64,000 nucleotides of DNA. Source: Auanema rhodensis (Eukaryota; Animalia; Nematoda). The stretch's first letter is position 1, and each line of letters begins with the position of its first letter. The stretch covers positions 7,130,001 through 7,194,000 of the forward strand of contig OZ059898.1 of NCBI GenBank assembly GCA_964057225.1. Reading direction: 5' to 3'. The translations under genes and the position numbers were made by a program. Below are positions 1 to 14,792 of this stretch, piece by piece. The notes under the pieces were generated by a model. The model ran no database searches. It was not told where the DNA came from and saw only the letters and a list, made by a program, of their open reading frames with translations.

Positions 1-1672
1 GAAGCTATAACAATTTAAAATTTTCAATTCAATGTGATGTCAAAAAACCTTCCAAAACATGTTTTCAAATGTTTTTTTTTAAAAACTGAAGTGGAAAGAC
101 TTCAGCTTTCATGTTAATTCGATTAAAACGTTTTTATAAAAGATAATAATAGATATTATATTTATATATATATATATATAATTATTATAATTAATATTAT
201 ATTAGTTAATATAATTATATTCAAATATTATATTTCTTATTCTTATGTTCTTCTTTAGTGATATTCTTTTTCTTTCTTTTTCTTTATTTCTAACATCACC
301 ATCAAAACCGCAAAACTAGTTGGAATCGTTAACCAAAGGGTGTCGTTAGACTAACAGTTGCAATTCAATAAGACATCTTACCCTTCATCTCCTCTCTACG
401 CCCTTCTAACTATCTATCTAACTACCCACCTACCATTCCCATCTAACATCTATCCCACCAATTTGCTCGTTACAACTTCTTTCATACTTTTCTACCAAAG
501 TATTATTAAAACTTATATCTATATCTATATATATATAGAAATATACTTAAATAATCTATAATTATAATAATATAGTTAATAATGAAATGAAAAATATATT
601 AAAGAAGATGAGTAATATTCTTATTTATATATTAAAAGTACAAAAATAGTTCTTTTGTTCTTTTTGAACGCAACCATTCTATTTGTAACAATTTAATCAA
701 AATGATTCATTCACGTATTTCCACTTACAAATCTTCAATTATGCAAATTTTTTAAAATAAAAAATTGGTTGATCATGCTAACAGATATAAGCCCCTTTCT
801 AAGATGGAATTTGCAGAAGGAACATCATCCTCAGATGTCATTCTCTTCTTCTACACAATATCCTAACAATCTATTTCTCTCTTCTTAAACATTGATGTTC
901 ACTCTCTCTCTCTTTCTCTCTACGACAAACCACAATAGGTATGTATACTGAAGGCGAAATGGAAATGAAGAACTGGTTTGGTTGATGATGGACCACAGCA
1001 AAGTTTGCAATCGTCTAATGTTCAGAAAGAGAGAGATAAAGAAAAAAAGAAAGAGAGAGTAAGAGAGAGAGTAAGAGAAAAAGAGAGAACATAAGAAACA
1101 AAGAAATGCAGAGAGAATTGGTTGGGTGTGGGTAGGTGGTATAACTTAGGTATATGAATTTATAAAGAAAACAAATCACAATGAGTGAGAGTGAAAGAAT
1201 GAGGATAGGGTGAATGAGAGAGAAAATGAAAAGAAAGTAAAATGCCAAATGAAGAGATTGACAGAAATCGAGAAGAAAGAGAGAATTGCAGTTGATGATA
1301 GTATGATCATCTAACTGGGTGTGGTTACCTCTTCTCTCATCTTTCAATTTCATTAGGTGTTTTCGATGGCAACACCCGGTAGCAGTAGCTCATCATTCAG
1401 TAACTGGCTGACAAGCACAATCAGTTCACTGCCATTCGGTGTCAACGTCATGATATGTTTTAGACCCCCATATATAATATTATAAGTAAAAGTAATAAGT
1501 AATAAAATGTTTTATAATTTATATAAATTAATAATAAATATTAATTTATATAAATTATTAAAAATAAATATTTTTATATTTTAAATAGAAATAATAATTA
1601 GCAAATAATATGATATAGTTATAATTCAGTTCCTGTTTAAAATTTAAAGTTATTATAATTTTAATAATTTAC

Positions 1673-1751
1673 CTGATCCTCTGTAGTATGTGACTGAGTG
1701 GGCATGACAGGCAGCTATGCCCAGAAGAAGCAGCGCTATGGCTTTTGCCAT
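1673..1751 (-). CDS. Putative first coding exon of a secreted protein (signal peptide); the rest of the gene was not found and is probably left of the window
   Basis: A TTTGTAG acceptor lies just upstream of the ATG. The exon translates to MAKAIALLLLGIAACHAHSVTYYRGS (basic N-terminus, hydrophobic core, small residues at the cleavage site) and ends at a CAG|GTAAAT donor. Confidence 0.5.
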
Positions 1752-4700
1752 AGTAGAATGTGCCTACAAATAATAAATTATATATATAAATTAAAACAAA
1801 AAATGAAATTTATTGAAGATAACAAGAAGCAGGAAGACGAATGAGGACTACAATTGGTCACTGATAGGATGTGAATCAGTAGTAAGGTGAATTGAAAACG
1901 AGAAAAAGGTTGGACAAGCAAGACGGACGTCGTCACGCCTACATCAACTGTGTTGGAATGGCATTTCGATGAAAATGTAGAAATACAATTATCTATATTT
2001 GTGGTTCATATAATGAAATATAAAATAAAAAGATTTTAAATTTGAAACATTAAATGAAAGAAACGAAGAAGCTTCTCAGATTGATGAGGAGTTAAATACA
2101 AAAGTGGGTGGGTGTGTGGGTGGGTGGAACAGTACCAAATTTGACCTCGAGATCAAACCTGACATTGTCTTTAAAATTAAAAAAATATTTTTTTAGTAGC
2201 AATGATGAGATTAATTTATTAAAAATGGAAATATGAGTATGAAAATATATTTTTCTGAATAAATAAATTTAAAGAAAATAATTTTATGTGAAGGAAAAGG
2301 AAACTTTTTGACAGATGTGATAGCTTTTATTGGATGAAGATGATGATGTGAAGAGAGACTTCAAAGATTCATAGCCCTCAACGTCATCTTCATATATCTC
2401 ATCCTCATCATAAAAATGAAAAGAATAACATTTAGATACATTGAAAGCGCCAAGTGCCTTGACGAACTGACTGACTGACTGACTGATGAACGAAGAAAGG
2501 ACGACGGACTGTCTGCCCCTGGAAGATGAGAGACTGGACGACAATGCGTCTGATCTAGCCTATTCATCCCATCCGGCGGATGATTGTTAAAGATACGTGT
2601 ATAGACAGATAAACATAGAATGATATAAGAAAACAGGCGGTGATATTGTCTAACGTCTTCTGAATATGGCTTCAAACGTCCACTATGTCGTCATCGTCGT
2701 GTTCTTTTTTTCTCTCTTCTTGTTTCTTATGATGAAATACATGCTGACTATGATACAATTAGACATTACCATGAACAACAATTCAGTTTAAATGCAGATG
2801 TGCTGATTCTGATGTCTATATAGCCAACTTCAGAGACATCAGTATCGATGCCGTCGGAAATTTCTTCTGATGATTTGCTTCAAAGAGTCATATGTCGTTC
2901 CAATGTCACCAGAAATAAGCGAACATCACATCTATATCCAGCTGTGAGTGCTTTATGAGTGAAAGCATTACCATTTATGGCTTATACAATCTTTTTTCTC
3001 ATTCAAGTCCAAAAAGAACGTTTACAAATGAAACGGACAAATAGCCTCAAGGTGAGCTTTTTTGTAATTCAATAGCTTATAATGATAGAGAAACTTCAAA
3101 GACACCTCAAATAATTTGAAAGAATAATTAGGATATAAGATGAAAGATTAGAATAATTCTTGGAAAGAAAAAACAACAAAAATGTAAAAATTGAGAAGAA
3201 TGAGAGGGAAGACGCTAAAATAATTAATTGAACTGATGATAATCAGATAATTACCGAAACGTTAAAAGAAACATAGATGTAATAATAAAAAGAATAGAAA
3301 ACTAATGGCCTCAACCGGCTCCATCAACTAAAAAGAAACTAACAAAACGATAAAGAGAATGAAAGAGAGAGAGAGAGAAATAGAGAGGTAAGTAAAGAGA
3401 GAGGAGGTTAAAGAGAGAGCTGAATCATAAAAGCCATTATATGAAACTATATTTGAGAAATTTGCATGATGTTTCATTGTGATGAAACATCCATTTAATC
3501 AACAAGTATTCCAAAAAATCATTCAATGTTTTTGAATAAATAGAAAGATTAATGATAATAAAGATATAAAGTTAGAATTAATAGAATAAAATGAAAAAAG
3601 AATCAACTTTTTGTTTTATTCAATTGGTAAAAGTCGTTGAGGGCGTTATATACTTTTTGGATTTGTTTTGGGTGTATCACATTAACGAATTTCGAAATCT
3701 TATTCCATCAAGCTAAAGAAAAAACTGAAAAGCCCTTTTGAATTGGAGCCACACCTCTTCTTTTGCTTTTCCCCCTATACCAAAGAAGGCGTAATGTTGA
3801 AGAATGGGGATAAAGCTGGAAGAACAGTCTGAACAAGCATTTTACTTCCATTGGAGGTGGATGACATTTACCATCCAATCTCTTCTTTTCCTGATGCTTT
3901 GTGGGAAAAAGAAAAACGATTGTATACCATAATATCATTACTCAGCTTTGAACATGTTGGCAGACAGTATAGGGAAAACATACAAATTTAGAAAAATTGA
4001 AAGATAAGTGGATTTCAATCGAATTTTAATATTATTATAATAATTATATATATAATAATTTATATGTTTAGAAAAAATATGAGATATTTATATGTACATA
4101 TGTATATTTTTTTTTAATTAAAAAAAAGAAAATAAAAAGAACATGGATCAAGAAAATATTGAAGGAAGTTTCATATTCTTTTTTCTTTTTTTGTTATTAG
4201 ATTTGTGAAAATCTAATAAGATCGGTAAGATGAATGACTCAGGATTGCTACTTTTGATTTCATAGAAGGTGGACACGACTCATTGCAAATTCAAACACAG
4301 GCCCAACCCCAGTGGAAAAGTTGTTAGCAGTTAGCATTCGGTAGGAAGAAGGCGAACAAGAAGAACAACAACAAGAAGTATTAAAACAGGTTTCAAATGA
4401 TACTATTCTTAACTATATACATATACATCTATATATATATATATATAGTTAGTTATATGTATAATTAGTATAATATATTCTTTTTTTAGACGAAATAATA
4501 TAATAACAATATATTTTTTATTTCTAAGATTTATTACTTAAAATTAAAAATGTATTTACTATTTTCCTAAAAATAATTGTTTTTGAATTAAAAACTGTAT
4601 GAAACATACATTTATTGCTATTAAATAAAATTAAAAATATAAAATTTTGTAGGATATTGCTTAAAAGCTACAATTATTTCCATACCATTCGTCAAATTTT

Positions 4701-7700
4701 CTAAAGATTATCAAGGAAGGAAGAAAAGGCTTTAATCAGGTTAACAGTTGAATAAGTGAAAATAAAAGAAAAAGAAAAGGAAATGCTATGATGATGATGA
4801 TAACAATGATTAGAGAAAAGCGAAATGTTGAGGTTTGTGAGAAAGTAAAAGATAAAGAGAGAAAGATAGAAAGAGGTAGATCATCATGAATAAGACGGGA
4901 AGTGTTGCGCAAGAAACAAAAAATCTGGAAAACTCGTGGACTGATTGCCAAATTTAGCTAATTGATAAGAAGCTATACTGAAAGTATAAGGAACGCGTTT
5001 TGTCCCAAATATCTCTCTTATCTCCTCATTTGAAATAAAAAAAGAAAATGAACGAAAAGAAAGCAAACTGAAACATAAGCTAATGGTAAATCGAAATATT
5101 TTATGTTTTTTAAATATTTGAATGAAGTTTTTTAGAATTGTGAAATCTACATACATGACGAAGATTTGATATTTTGAAATTTTTCATAAGATTCTGAAAA
5201 AAATATTTTTTGGATAAAATGAACTTTGGAAGCTTTCAAGCTTCACAAAGGATGTTCAAAGACATTGAAATGTAGGATACATGATGCTGATGATAGACAG
5301 TTAGAAGAATGACAAAATTCTTCTTTATCTTCTTGGGCATGTTTGATGACCAGAAAGGCAAAATAAAGTGGGAAGAAGGGGTGTGGTTATATGACTGTAG
5401 CATCATGGTGGCAGACAACTAGCTAATAGGCAGCAATCCAACATCATCATCATCCTCATCATAATCATGTTAAATCAAATTGATCTTAAAACGTGTTAAA
5501 AGAGTTAAAGAAAAAAAAAGAAAAAAAAAGGATAATTAATAGAAAATAAATAATTTATTTACTTTTGTAATAAAATAAAATAATTATTTAATATTATATA
5601 TTTCATATAAATTTAAAACTTAAAGCTTATTTTACCTCATATGATATATAATATTTTTAATTAATAATAAAATATACGAGGTCAATAGAAAAGATTAAAA
5701 TAAAAGATAAAGATCATTAATCTTTCAATTTTATTTAAATGTTTTTACTAGATGAAGTTATTTCATTTTCAGATTCCATTTAAGGTCATTTCTTATTTTG
5801 AGAGAAATGTGATTAACAGGTAAGAGAAATAGCTATAAAGAGAATGAAACAATACAAAAGAGAGAGAGATAGAGAGAGAGAGAGAGGGAGGAAATAAAGT
5901 CCTTGTCACCCCCTGTGGACCCCACCCACAATAAAATTGGAAAAAAATTCTTTTCTCGTTTTTTTTTGTTGATACAATTGATATATGATTAGAATGAATT
6001 CATATAGTTAGAATAGTAAAAACATTGAATGAGAATGATGTTTCAAGCATATCGCATATACCCTTCACCCGTTCTTCAATTTCATTTTCAGCAGAAAAAA
6101 AACTTTTTTTGTCATCAAAATTGACCAGTTTAGACAAGTATATAGCATTTTCTACATAATCATACATTAATATGTTTTTTATATAAATTCAAAACTTTAA
6201 ACGAAAGGTTTTTGCTAATAATCAAGTTTTCCATTGAATGCATAATTATATTTCTCTTGAAATGTTTTTCCTATAAAAATATCTTAAATGATAACTATAT
6301 TATTCAAGTTTATATAATATCTTTAGTGATATATCATATATATATGTATAAACTTGATATATACTTTAGTAATCATTAAAATGTTTTCAAAACAAAATTT
6401 GTTTGTTCAAAAAGGGAATAATTCAAACAGTAATTTTTAAAAAATTATCATTTAAATCAACATATATGATATTTATATAATTATATTTATAATTAAAACA
6501 TTAAAAATTTAATTATTTGTAATTAAATTATATTGAAACATTGATTATCATCATTATATGTATATTTAAAGATTAATGATTATGGTTTATGAGAGCAATA
6601 TTTCAAATGCCAATGACCATTAAGTTTTTAAAATGTTCCACCTAAGCAACATCATCCATCTCTACTCTGATAGGCGCCAAGGACGCCATCAAGCGTCTAT
6701 GTATCTAATCTCATGGTGCATAATGATGACGATACGATCATAAATTCGTTGGATGCCCCCACGAAGCAGATAATGGATTATCAACTGGAAAACTCGGTAG
6801 CTGATCATCGCTCTAAACAGGTTTCTAGGACCATGCGACCAGCACCTTACAAGCTGCCGATGGAGCTTTGACTGGGCTAGTCAGATTGGTAGGAACGTTA
6901 GTATTTGCCCTAGGGGTATTTTTCAGATATTTCATTTCAGCAGAAAGTGATTAGAAAAGTAATAGAAAAGGAATGTGGATTGTAAAAAATCTTGAAAACT
7001 GTCGTATACTATCACGACATGCTTTTACATAATTTAGAAGATTTTAATTTTATAACGAGAGCTTGAGAGAGGGGGCAGAGAGAAAGGGAGTCAGGAAAAG
7101 AATAAAAATGAGGAAATATTAAGCTTATCTATTCATTGATGCTGAATTCACAAAAGAAGAGGAAATATACATTTTGATCAAAAATAATGAATATCATCAT
7201 TTAATTTACATTACGGTAAAAGAAAATATCTGATCAAAAATTATTTCAAATCATCTTAACAGATCCGTTCCAATTAGGATTTCATCCAATTGTGGTCATA
7301 TCAAACATTCCGAAACAGCTAAAGCAGATGAACATCAACATAGAAGTCTGCAAACTTGTCTTGAAATAGACAAAGAGAGAGAGGGAGAGAGAGAGAGAAA
7401 TAGAAAGAGAGAAGGTAAAGAGATGTCTCTTGGTGACTAAAGTGTGGAGATCATATGATGATGGGATTACATAGTAGAATGTGGCAGATTCAATAGAATG
7501 ACCAAAAGAAACAAAGAAACTGTTCGAAGTGAAAAAAACCAAAAAAACAAGATAAATATTCTTAGATAAATAAAAAAAAAGAGAATAGGATAAGTGGAAA
7601 ATATGAAAATAACCGTATTACATAATAATTCAATATACATATGTATGTATAAGTATATTCATATATTATATATATATATATAAATATATTATAATAATTA

Positions 7701-9132
7701 GAAAATAATAAAGATTTTCAATGATTTTTGATAAATTGAATAGAAAAGATAAATAAGACATTAAAGATATTTAATAAGAAAAAATACAAAAGAAATAGAA
7801 AAGTCATTCGATGAAATATATAAAAAATAATTTTAATGAAGATGCAAATTTAATTTGAAAAGACATTGATAATGAATTTTGAAATTGGAAGCCGGATAAG
7901 CAACAAGAAGAAGAAGAATAAGAAGAAGATGAAGAAGAATAAGGAGAATGTCGTGATGATAATGATAGTGTCAAAGATAATAGAATGTGATTGAAATACA
8001 AAAGAAAAATTTAAATTCAAGAGGAAATTTAATAATTTGAAATGATTAAAAGAGAAAGAAGATGATGATTTTTATTTTAAAAATAAAAATATTTTATATG
8101 GCATATGTATTGTGAAATTGTAAAATTCTTAAAAGTCATTATGTGTGGTATACGCTTCAGATGACACATGCTACATGAACAAATACATGGAAGAAATGTG
8201 GATAAATCAAAAAAAAAAGAAGAAGAAGAAGAAGAAGAAGAAAGTTGAAACAGGCTCTTAAGGTCATAATTGTAGTAAGTGATGTATTAATATATACCTA
8301 ATATATAATACATTTTTAAGAAAAAAACAAATAAAAAATAAAATAATTTGTTCTTAAATATATTTTATAATTAAGAAATTATTTATAATTTAAAGAATTA
8401 TATTTCAAATAAAGAGAAAGAGAATGAAACAATGACAGTTAGAATATTATAAATGGAAACATTATTCATTTATATTTCAGAACAAATCCGAGAATAGTTC
8501 CGTTCATCGTCAATGTCATCATCATCATCTTCTTCTTCTTCTTCTTATACTTCTTCATGTCCTTTTCTATATCCAGCTTTTAAAATGAACATGAGGAAAA
8601 CGATAATTGCTTTGACGACGATATTCATGTCGGTGACTTCGTATCGACCTCGTCAACCAAAATGAAAAGGCAAACTAATAAACATAATGGAATAACGAGC
8701 AAAGAAGAAGAAACATTATAATTCTTCTTTATATAAAACAAAAATATAAAACTTTGAATACCATAAAGAAGATGAAATGAGGTTAAAATTTATTTTTATT
8801 TCTTTGTCATTTGTTTGTATTTGCATTAGTTTACAGAGACCATATTCATGTCTATCAAGACTATTTTCATAAAATATTTAAAATAAATTATAAGAAAATA
8901 TCTTTATATTATGCCATATGCATATGAATAACCCAACTTCTTATAATTTTTGTAAACACAAAATACTACATCAAACGATCAAAACTAGTTATAAACTATG
9001 TGCTTAACCATTGTTATATTTAACCAGATTTTCTTATAATTTAATTAGAAGATTAATGAATAATTTGGAAAAAAGAAGTATCTAAATGTAAAAAAAAGAA
9101 AGATTTACTAATACATTCATTAGAAATAAGAT

Positions 9133-9219
9133 AAGTTCACGTAGTATTTAAAGATACAACGTGAAAGTTCACGTAGTAGCCAAAGGTATAACGTGAAAGT
9201 TCACGTATAGGACAAAGGA
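9133..9219. repeat. 32-bp tandem repeat, about 2.7 copies, with palindromic junctions ACGTGAA-AG-TTCACGT
   Basis: Units aagttcacgtagtatttaaagatacaacgtga and aagttcacgtagtagccaaaggtataacgtga, plus a partial third copy, are visible directly. Confidence 0.8.
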
Positions 9220-10084
9220 CAGATGGATGGATGTCATAATTAATATAAAATATAATTATAAATTAATTGTTATTAATTCATAATAGTTATACAAACTAGT
9301 GATAAGTTTAGAAAGGTAGAATGGAATAGAATAGTACGAATTCATATGACCTTGTATATGTACAACTGACTATATGAAGATATTAAAGAGAGGAAGAGAG
9401 GAAAGAAGAGAGGGTTATAATCAAATGATTATCACGGAAATAGAGGGATATGAAAAGAAAGTAATTAATGAAGAGGAATAAAGAAAAAATAGAATTAAAG
9501 AGAGAGAGAAAGATAGAGAGAGAGTTAGGCTGATAGAGAGAGAACGCTGAAAAGAAAGATGGAAAGGTATAGGGTAATAGAGAGATAAACCATGAAGGAA
9601 TCAAATTAAAAAGGTAAAAGAGAAGTCAACAAGAGGAAATATATGTATGAGAGATAACTAAATGTATAATGAAAATGTTTTCATTGTATTTCACTTCATA
9701 AGTTATGTTTTCCATTCAATTTTTGATTTTTATTCATTTTTCAATTTTTTTAAAGTTTTATCTTTGTCTAGTTATACTGTATAATACTGTACTAGTGTAC
9801 TGTATTCATTTCTATTATATTTTATAAAATTTACAAGAAAAAAACATTTTATTTTGTATTTCAATGAAGAATTAAAATCAAAAATGAATATATTTTGAGC
9901 AAAAAAAATACAAAAACTTTCATATCCAGTTAATAATATCACAGAAAATTATTAAAATACAGCACCGACATTCAATGTAATACTCTATATTGAGAATTTA
10001 TATTATATTTAAAGATAAACTATATTACATATATCTATATGTATAACTAATTTTTGTACATAATAGTTTGTCTTATTTAGTTGT

Positions 10085-13000
10085 CTAGAATGCTACATAA
10101 GTTGTTGGAAAGCGTCCGGTTTTCGATGAATGGCCTCCAGCAGTATCCATCACATGGCCAACTAACCAATCTGCTCCAATCCGATCTTCAACTATAACAA
10201 CTTGACCAGCTCGTATCTAAAGATAAATATTGTAAGAAGTTGGAAACGATTGTAAGAAATACTTCAATTTCATCATCATGCTTTGGCTCAAAATCATATA
10301 AAGCCCGACATAATGATGGAGATGAATCAGCTGGTTCATCAATGATTGTTGTTGGTCTAGTTGATGAACTACAAAATCCTTCATCACTTATCTGAAACAT
10401 TTAATTATATAATATAATTTGTAATAATTAAGATTTATTGATTAACCTTATCATATTCTTCATAATCATCACTTCGAAAACTTGATGGAGCATAATGACT
10501 TTGAATAGATGGTGTTAATGATGGTGGAGGAAGTGAACGATCTTCTCCTGATAATGGCATTGTTAATACAGTCATTGGAATACCCTACAAATAATTATTG
10601 CATAATAACTATTAACTATATAAAACTCACAGATTTATCTTTTAATTTATGTTGAAAACGACTTAAACGATGAGTTCCACGGTTCTGTCCACCATCCAAA
10701 CTATTTATTGCATCATTAATTTTATAATAAAGATATTCAATAAATTCAATTAAAGTCTATAATATAATTATAAATATAATTTTCTTTTAAATAAATAAAA
10801 ATACTATTTGTTTTGTATTTGTAGCCATGATATCAGCTCTTCCTTGACTATATAGTTTAGTTAATTCTTTATCCAATTTATGATGTATACGCATTAGAGC
10901 AGAACGTCTTCGTTCAGAAGACATTACTTCTCCAAAGTTTTCTGCCTGTAAAATTATAAAAAGTTTATTTATATGTAATAGTTAAAGTTTATAATGATTG
11001 TTTTCATTCTTTTTTAAATTTTAAATAATAATATTAATGATATATAGTTATTGAATATAAGTAAACAATAATAGATTATAAGACCGTACAAGGTCATAAT
11101 CATCATCATCTTCATCATCATCAGGTCTTCTTCTTCTTCTTTAACCTTCTTATTGATTCTGTTTTCTACTATGTTCCTTGTTACCTACATTGTTCACAAC
11201 TCATGTCCTACACACACACACACACACACACAGATAGGCCAAGGATAATGACCATGTCTTCTCTTAAATCCTATGTCTTCTCTTATTTCTCAGCAAATTT
11301 TTAATAAAATATAATATTATTTTATTTTATTTTATATAATTAATATATTTTATTAATTTACAGATATATATGTCTAGAAATGGTTTATGGCATTCTCGTT
11401 TAAAGCTAACTATATGTTCATGTTCATTACTTATTTGCGCCATCTTAATTAAACAACGTCAACAAGAAATTGAGAAAAGTTTTACAGAAAATCATCAAAA
11501 AAATGTAAAATTTGATTTTAAAACAAAATATAAATTATATATTATATTTAGAAAAGTGATTTTTTTGAAGATGTTGACTATGCCTTAGAAACATTAGATT
11601 ATATGCAAAAATTAAAAGATTTTAAAGCATATGTACGTCCAGTTATTGAAAAAGTATAGTTAATAGAAATTAATAAAATATTTGTAATTTTAATTTTATA
11701 GGAAAGTCCTCTTATTGAACATTATTGGTCATGTTATCTGGATGGTCCAGGACAATTTCATACTGATCCATGGCTGGAACATCATGGATTTTCCATTTTT
11801 TCAGCATATTATGATCGTCGTCCAAATTCGTTATTTCCCAGAAATCATGCGATTCAGGTTTAATTAGCAATATCTTCGTTAAAATTATATATTTTATGTT
11901 ATATAAGGTGTTAACTATGCATTTTCGTACATTTAAAAACGAATCAGACGTTTTTTGTAATATATTTGTTGGCAAATTGAGTGCTGTTGTGAAAGGATAT
12001 GCTAGAGAAATATGGCAAAGAGGATGGGATCCAAGGTTATCTTTCTTTTCTTTTTTCTTTTTTTGTTTTAAAAATATAATTTTTAGAGATCATTTCTATA
12101 TACCATACTTAATTACATGTCCTATACCAGATCGATTAAAAGATCTTAAAGAAAAATATTCTATTTCATTAAGTAATGAACCATGTACAAACGTTCCAAC
12201 ATCATTACTTGTTCAAAATATTCAAAAAAATAATGAAGATGATGATGAAAATTATGTTGCTGTATGCGTTAAAGGAATGGATTTCAAGGTATTTCTTTAA
12301 TTATATCATATAGTTAGAGAAGTTTTTAATTTTTAGGAAGATATCTCATCTGATTTAATTGAATGGTTTGAAGCTCAATTTCTATTTGGAGTTTCTAAAA
12401 TTCAACTCTATACATATACAGTATCACCAAAAACTCAAATGGTTTTAGATTATTATAAAAAAAAATATAATGTTATAGTGGTATAGTTAATAATATTTTA
12501 ATAATATTATTATTTTTATACTAATTTAGACACCACTTACACTACCAGCTAATTCTCCAAATATACCTTATGTACGAAGTTCATATATTTGGAGAAATCG
12601 ACAACAAAAACGTAGACATGAACTTATTCCTTATAATGATTGTCTTTATAGGTAATGATATATTATAAAATATAATTAACTATACTAACTATATCTATTT
12701 AGACATATTAATACTCATCGTTATATATTAATTATTGATACTGATGAGATAATCGTTCCATTACAACATAAAAACTATAAGGATATGCTTAAAGAATTAG
12801 AAAAACGAAATGAGAGTATGCTTCTTAGTTCTTTGTCTGTTCGAAATATTTTCAAATTTCCAACAAATCAAACTAATACGAAGTATCAATCAAATATTTT
12901 GAAAAACAATCGAAGATCAAGCAAACCTAGTGCTCCTGGTGAATATGGTAAGAGTTTCACAAGGTAAATCATAACTAACTATTCCATATATTTTGATTTA

Positions 13001-14792
13001 AAACTCTTTTTCTTTCAGAACATCAAATATAGCAACTGTTTTTAATCATTTTGCATTACATCGATTATCTGATAAAATAGTTCGAACAAGTCATATACCT
13101 ATAGATATGGCTATAAAACTACATTATAAGAAGATATGTCCAATTGAATCTCAACATGAATGTCGAACATTACAAGAGGATACAGAAATTGATAATAGTT
13201 TAGATTTATATTCTGATATACTTGATCAACGGGTTCAAAATGCAATGAAAAACATTGGAATATAGAATTATTATTATAATTATTTGATATATTTTTACTT
13301 AATTTGTTGTTTTTTATTTATATTTTTAAATAAAAATAATTATAACTTACGTATAAATCAGCAAGAATAATTTGATTGACAGAAGGAGAAGCAGGTTGTA
13401 ACATTTGAATATAATCAGAAACTTCAGAAGATATAGCTAAATCTAAATTATTTGTAAATCTTTCAAACATCTGAAAAATATTATTTATGAATGAATTTAA
13501 AGAAAATTATTAGATACTTGCTGAAGATTAGGCGATAACTGTTCAATCTTCCTCTGATATCGACCTAAAGCTGTTTGGCAATGAACTAGCCTTTGACGTT
13601 CAACTGATTCAAGACTTTCAACACCTTTTCGAAGAACACTTTCTGTAACTCTAAAAAGAAAGAAAAAGAATAGAAAGAAAGAGAATAAGCATACCTTCTT
13701 TGTTTTTCCATATCAATAGTATCCCAAATATAAACATCTTCTAAGTTTATAACTTGATCATGTAATTTTTGACGTCGATTAGGACTCTTAATATAAATAA
13801 AATATATAATTATAATAAATATTATATTATTTTACTTTTGATGAGGAAATAGTTTCATGTTCTGCTGAATTTTCAGCTTTTTCCAACTGTCTCGAAGCTT
13901 CATATAAATTTCTTTTAATTCTTTGTGTATCTTCTTTTTTATTTTTTAATTTATGAGTTTCTTTATCAACAAATAATTCAGCCTATAATAATATATAATT
14001 ATAAATATTTTAAAAATTATTCAAATATACAGCTTTTATAGTTCTTTGTTGACCATTTTGAACGGCTCTTAATGGTTGTATAACATCATCAGTCATTGCT
14101 GATCCCAGATTACTATAATATTTTATAATTTTGTATATTATATTAATTTATTTTATAAAATAACTAACTTATGAATAGTTGCATGTACATCAAATTGTTC
14201 AGCTACAGTAGTCCATCCACGATCTATTTCTCTAAAAAAAAAAAGAAAAAACTTTACTATTTACACATAATAATAAAATGATTAACTTATTATAATTATA
14301 ATAATTTTAAAAAATTATAAGATAACACTAAAACTAACGATTCAGCTCCATGAGTAACTTTGTGTAAACGAGCTGATAACTTCTTTAAAGATTTTGAATA
14401 ATGAAAATCCAAATTTGCTCTAAATTATAAAAAATAAAAATAATAAAACAAATATATATAAATAACTAACTTTTCTTCTAAAATTGAAATAATTTCTTTA
14501 AGTGAATCATTATTTTTTTTAATAGTTTGTTGTAATTGATCATAATTAGATGGAGTCTATAATATAAATATATTATATAATTAAAATATTTTATAAAATT
14601 TACTGCAAAACGATCACCCAATGTTGTTGGTGTAGATAATGTAGGAAGTTGTACTAATCCACTTAAACTACCTATATACATATAGTTAATTAATATAAAA
14701 TAGAATTATAGTTTACCTTGTCGGGATAAATTTCCCAAATGGTGTACAGAGCGAGATATTGAACGTCTAAGACGATTCATTCGACTATTCAT
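10085..14792 (-). CDS. NOSTRIN: NOSTRIN-like F-BAR / HR1-like / SH3 membrane-trafficking adaptor (multi-exon)
   Basis: Spliced GT-AG exons give an F-BAR domain (..ANLDFHYSKSLKKLSARL..GWTTVAEQFDVHATIH..). The segment ILADLYAENFGEVMSSERRRSALMR resembles NOSTRIN, and the C-terminus is an SH3 domain (CRALYDFEPKHDDEIEIRAGQVV..DWLVG..GRFPTTYVAF*). Confidence 0.8.
11370..13265 (+). CDS. Glycosyltransferase family 92 (DUF23) type II membrane protein, nested in the 2.4 kb NOSTRIN intron
   Basis: N-terminal TM segment, then FSAYYDRR, VAVCVKGMDF..LIEWFEAQFLFGVSKI and ELIPYNDCLYRH..IIDTDEIIVP (DxD motif). Short GT-AG introns; TAG stop at 13263-13265. Confidence 0.85.

Noticed and set aside
2848-3051. 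Possible plus-strand exons ending in GTGAG donors
   Set aside because: No good acceptors, no downstream exons and no recognisable product.
9133-9219. CRISPR-like repeat-spacer array
   Set aside because: The context is eukaryotic, there are fewer than three units, the linkers are homologous to each other, and there are no cas genes.
358-9604. ORF-track entries in 0.3-9.6 kb, and similar ones at 15.9-16.5, 22-26.9 and 58-62.2 kb
   Set aside because: They are Leu/Ser/Phe/Ile-rich translations of (AG)n, (AT)n and other AT-rich tracts, with no splice-consistent structure or recognisable domain.
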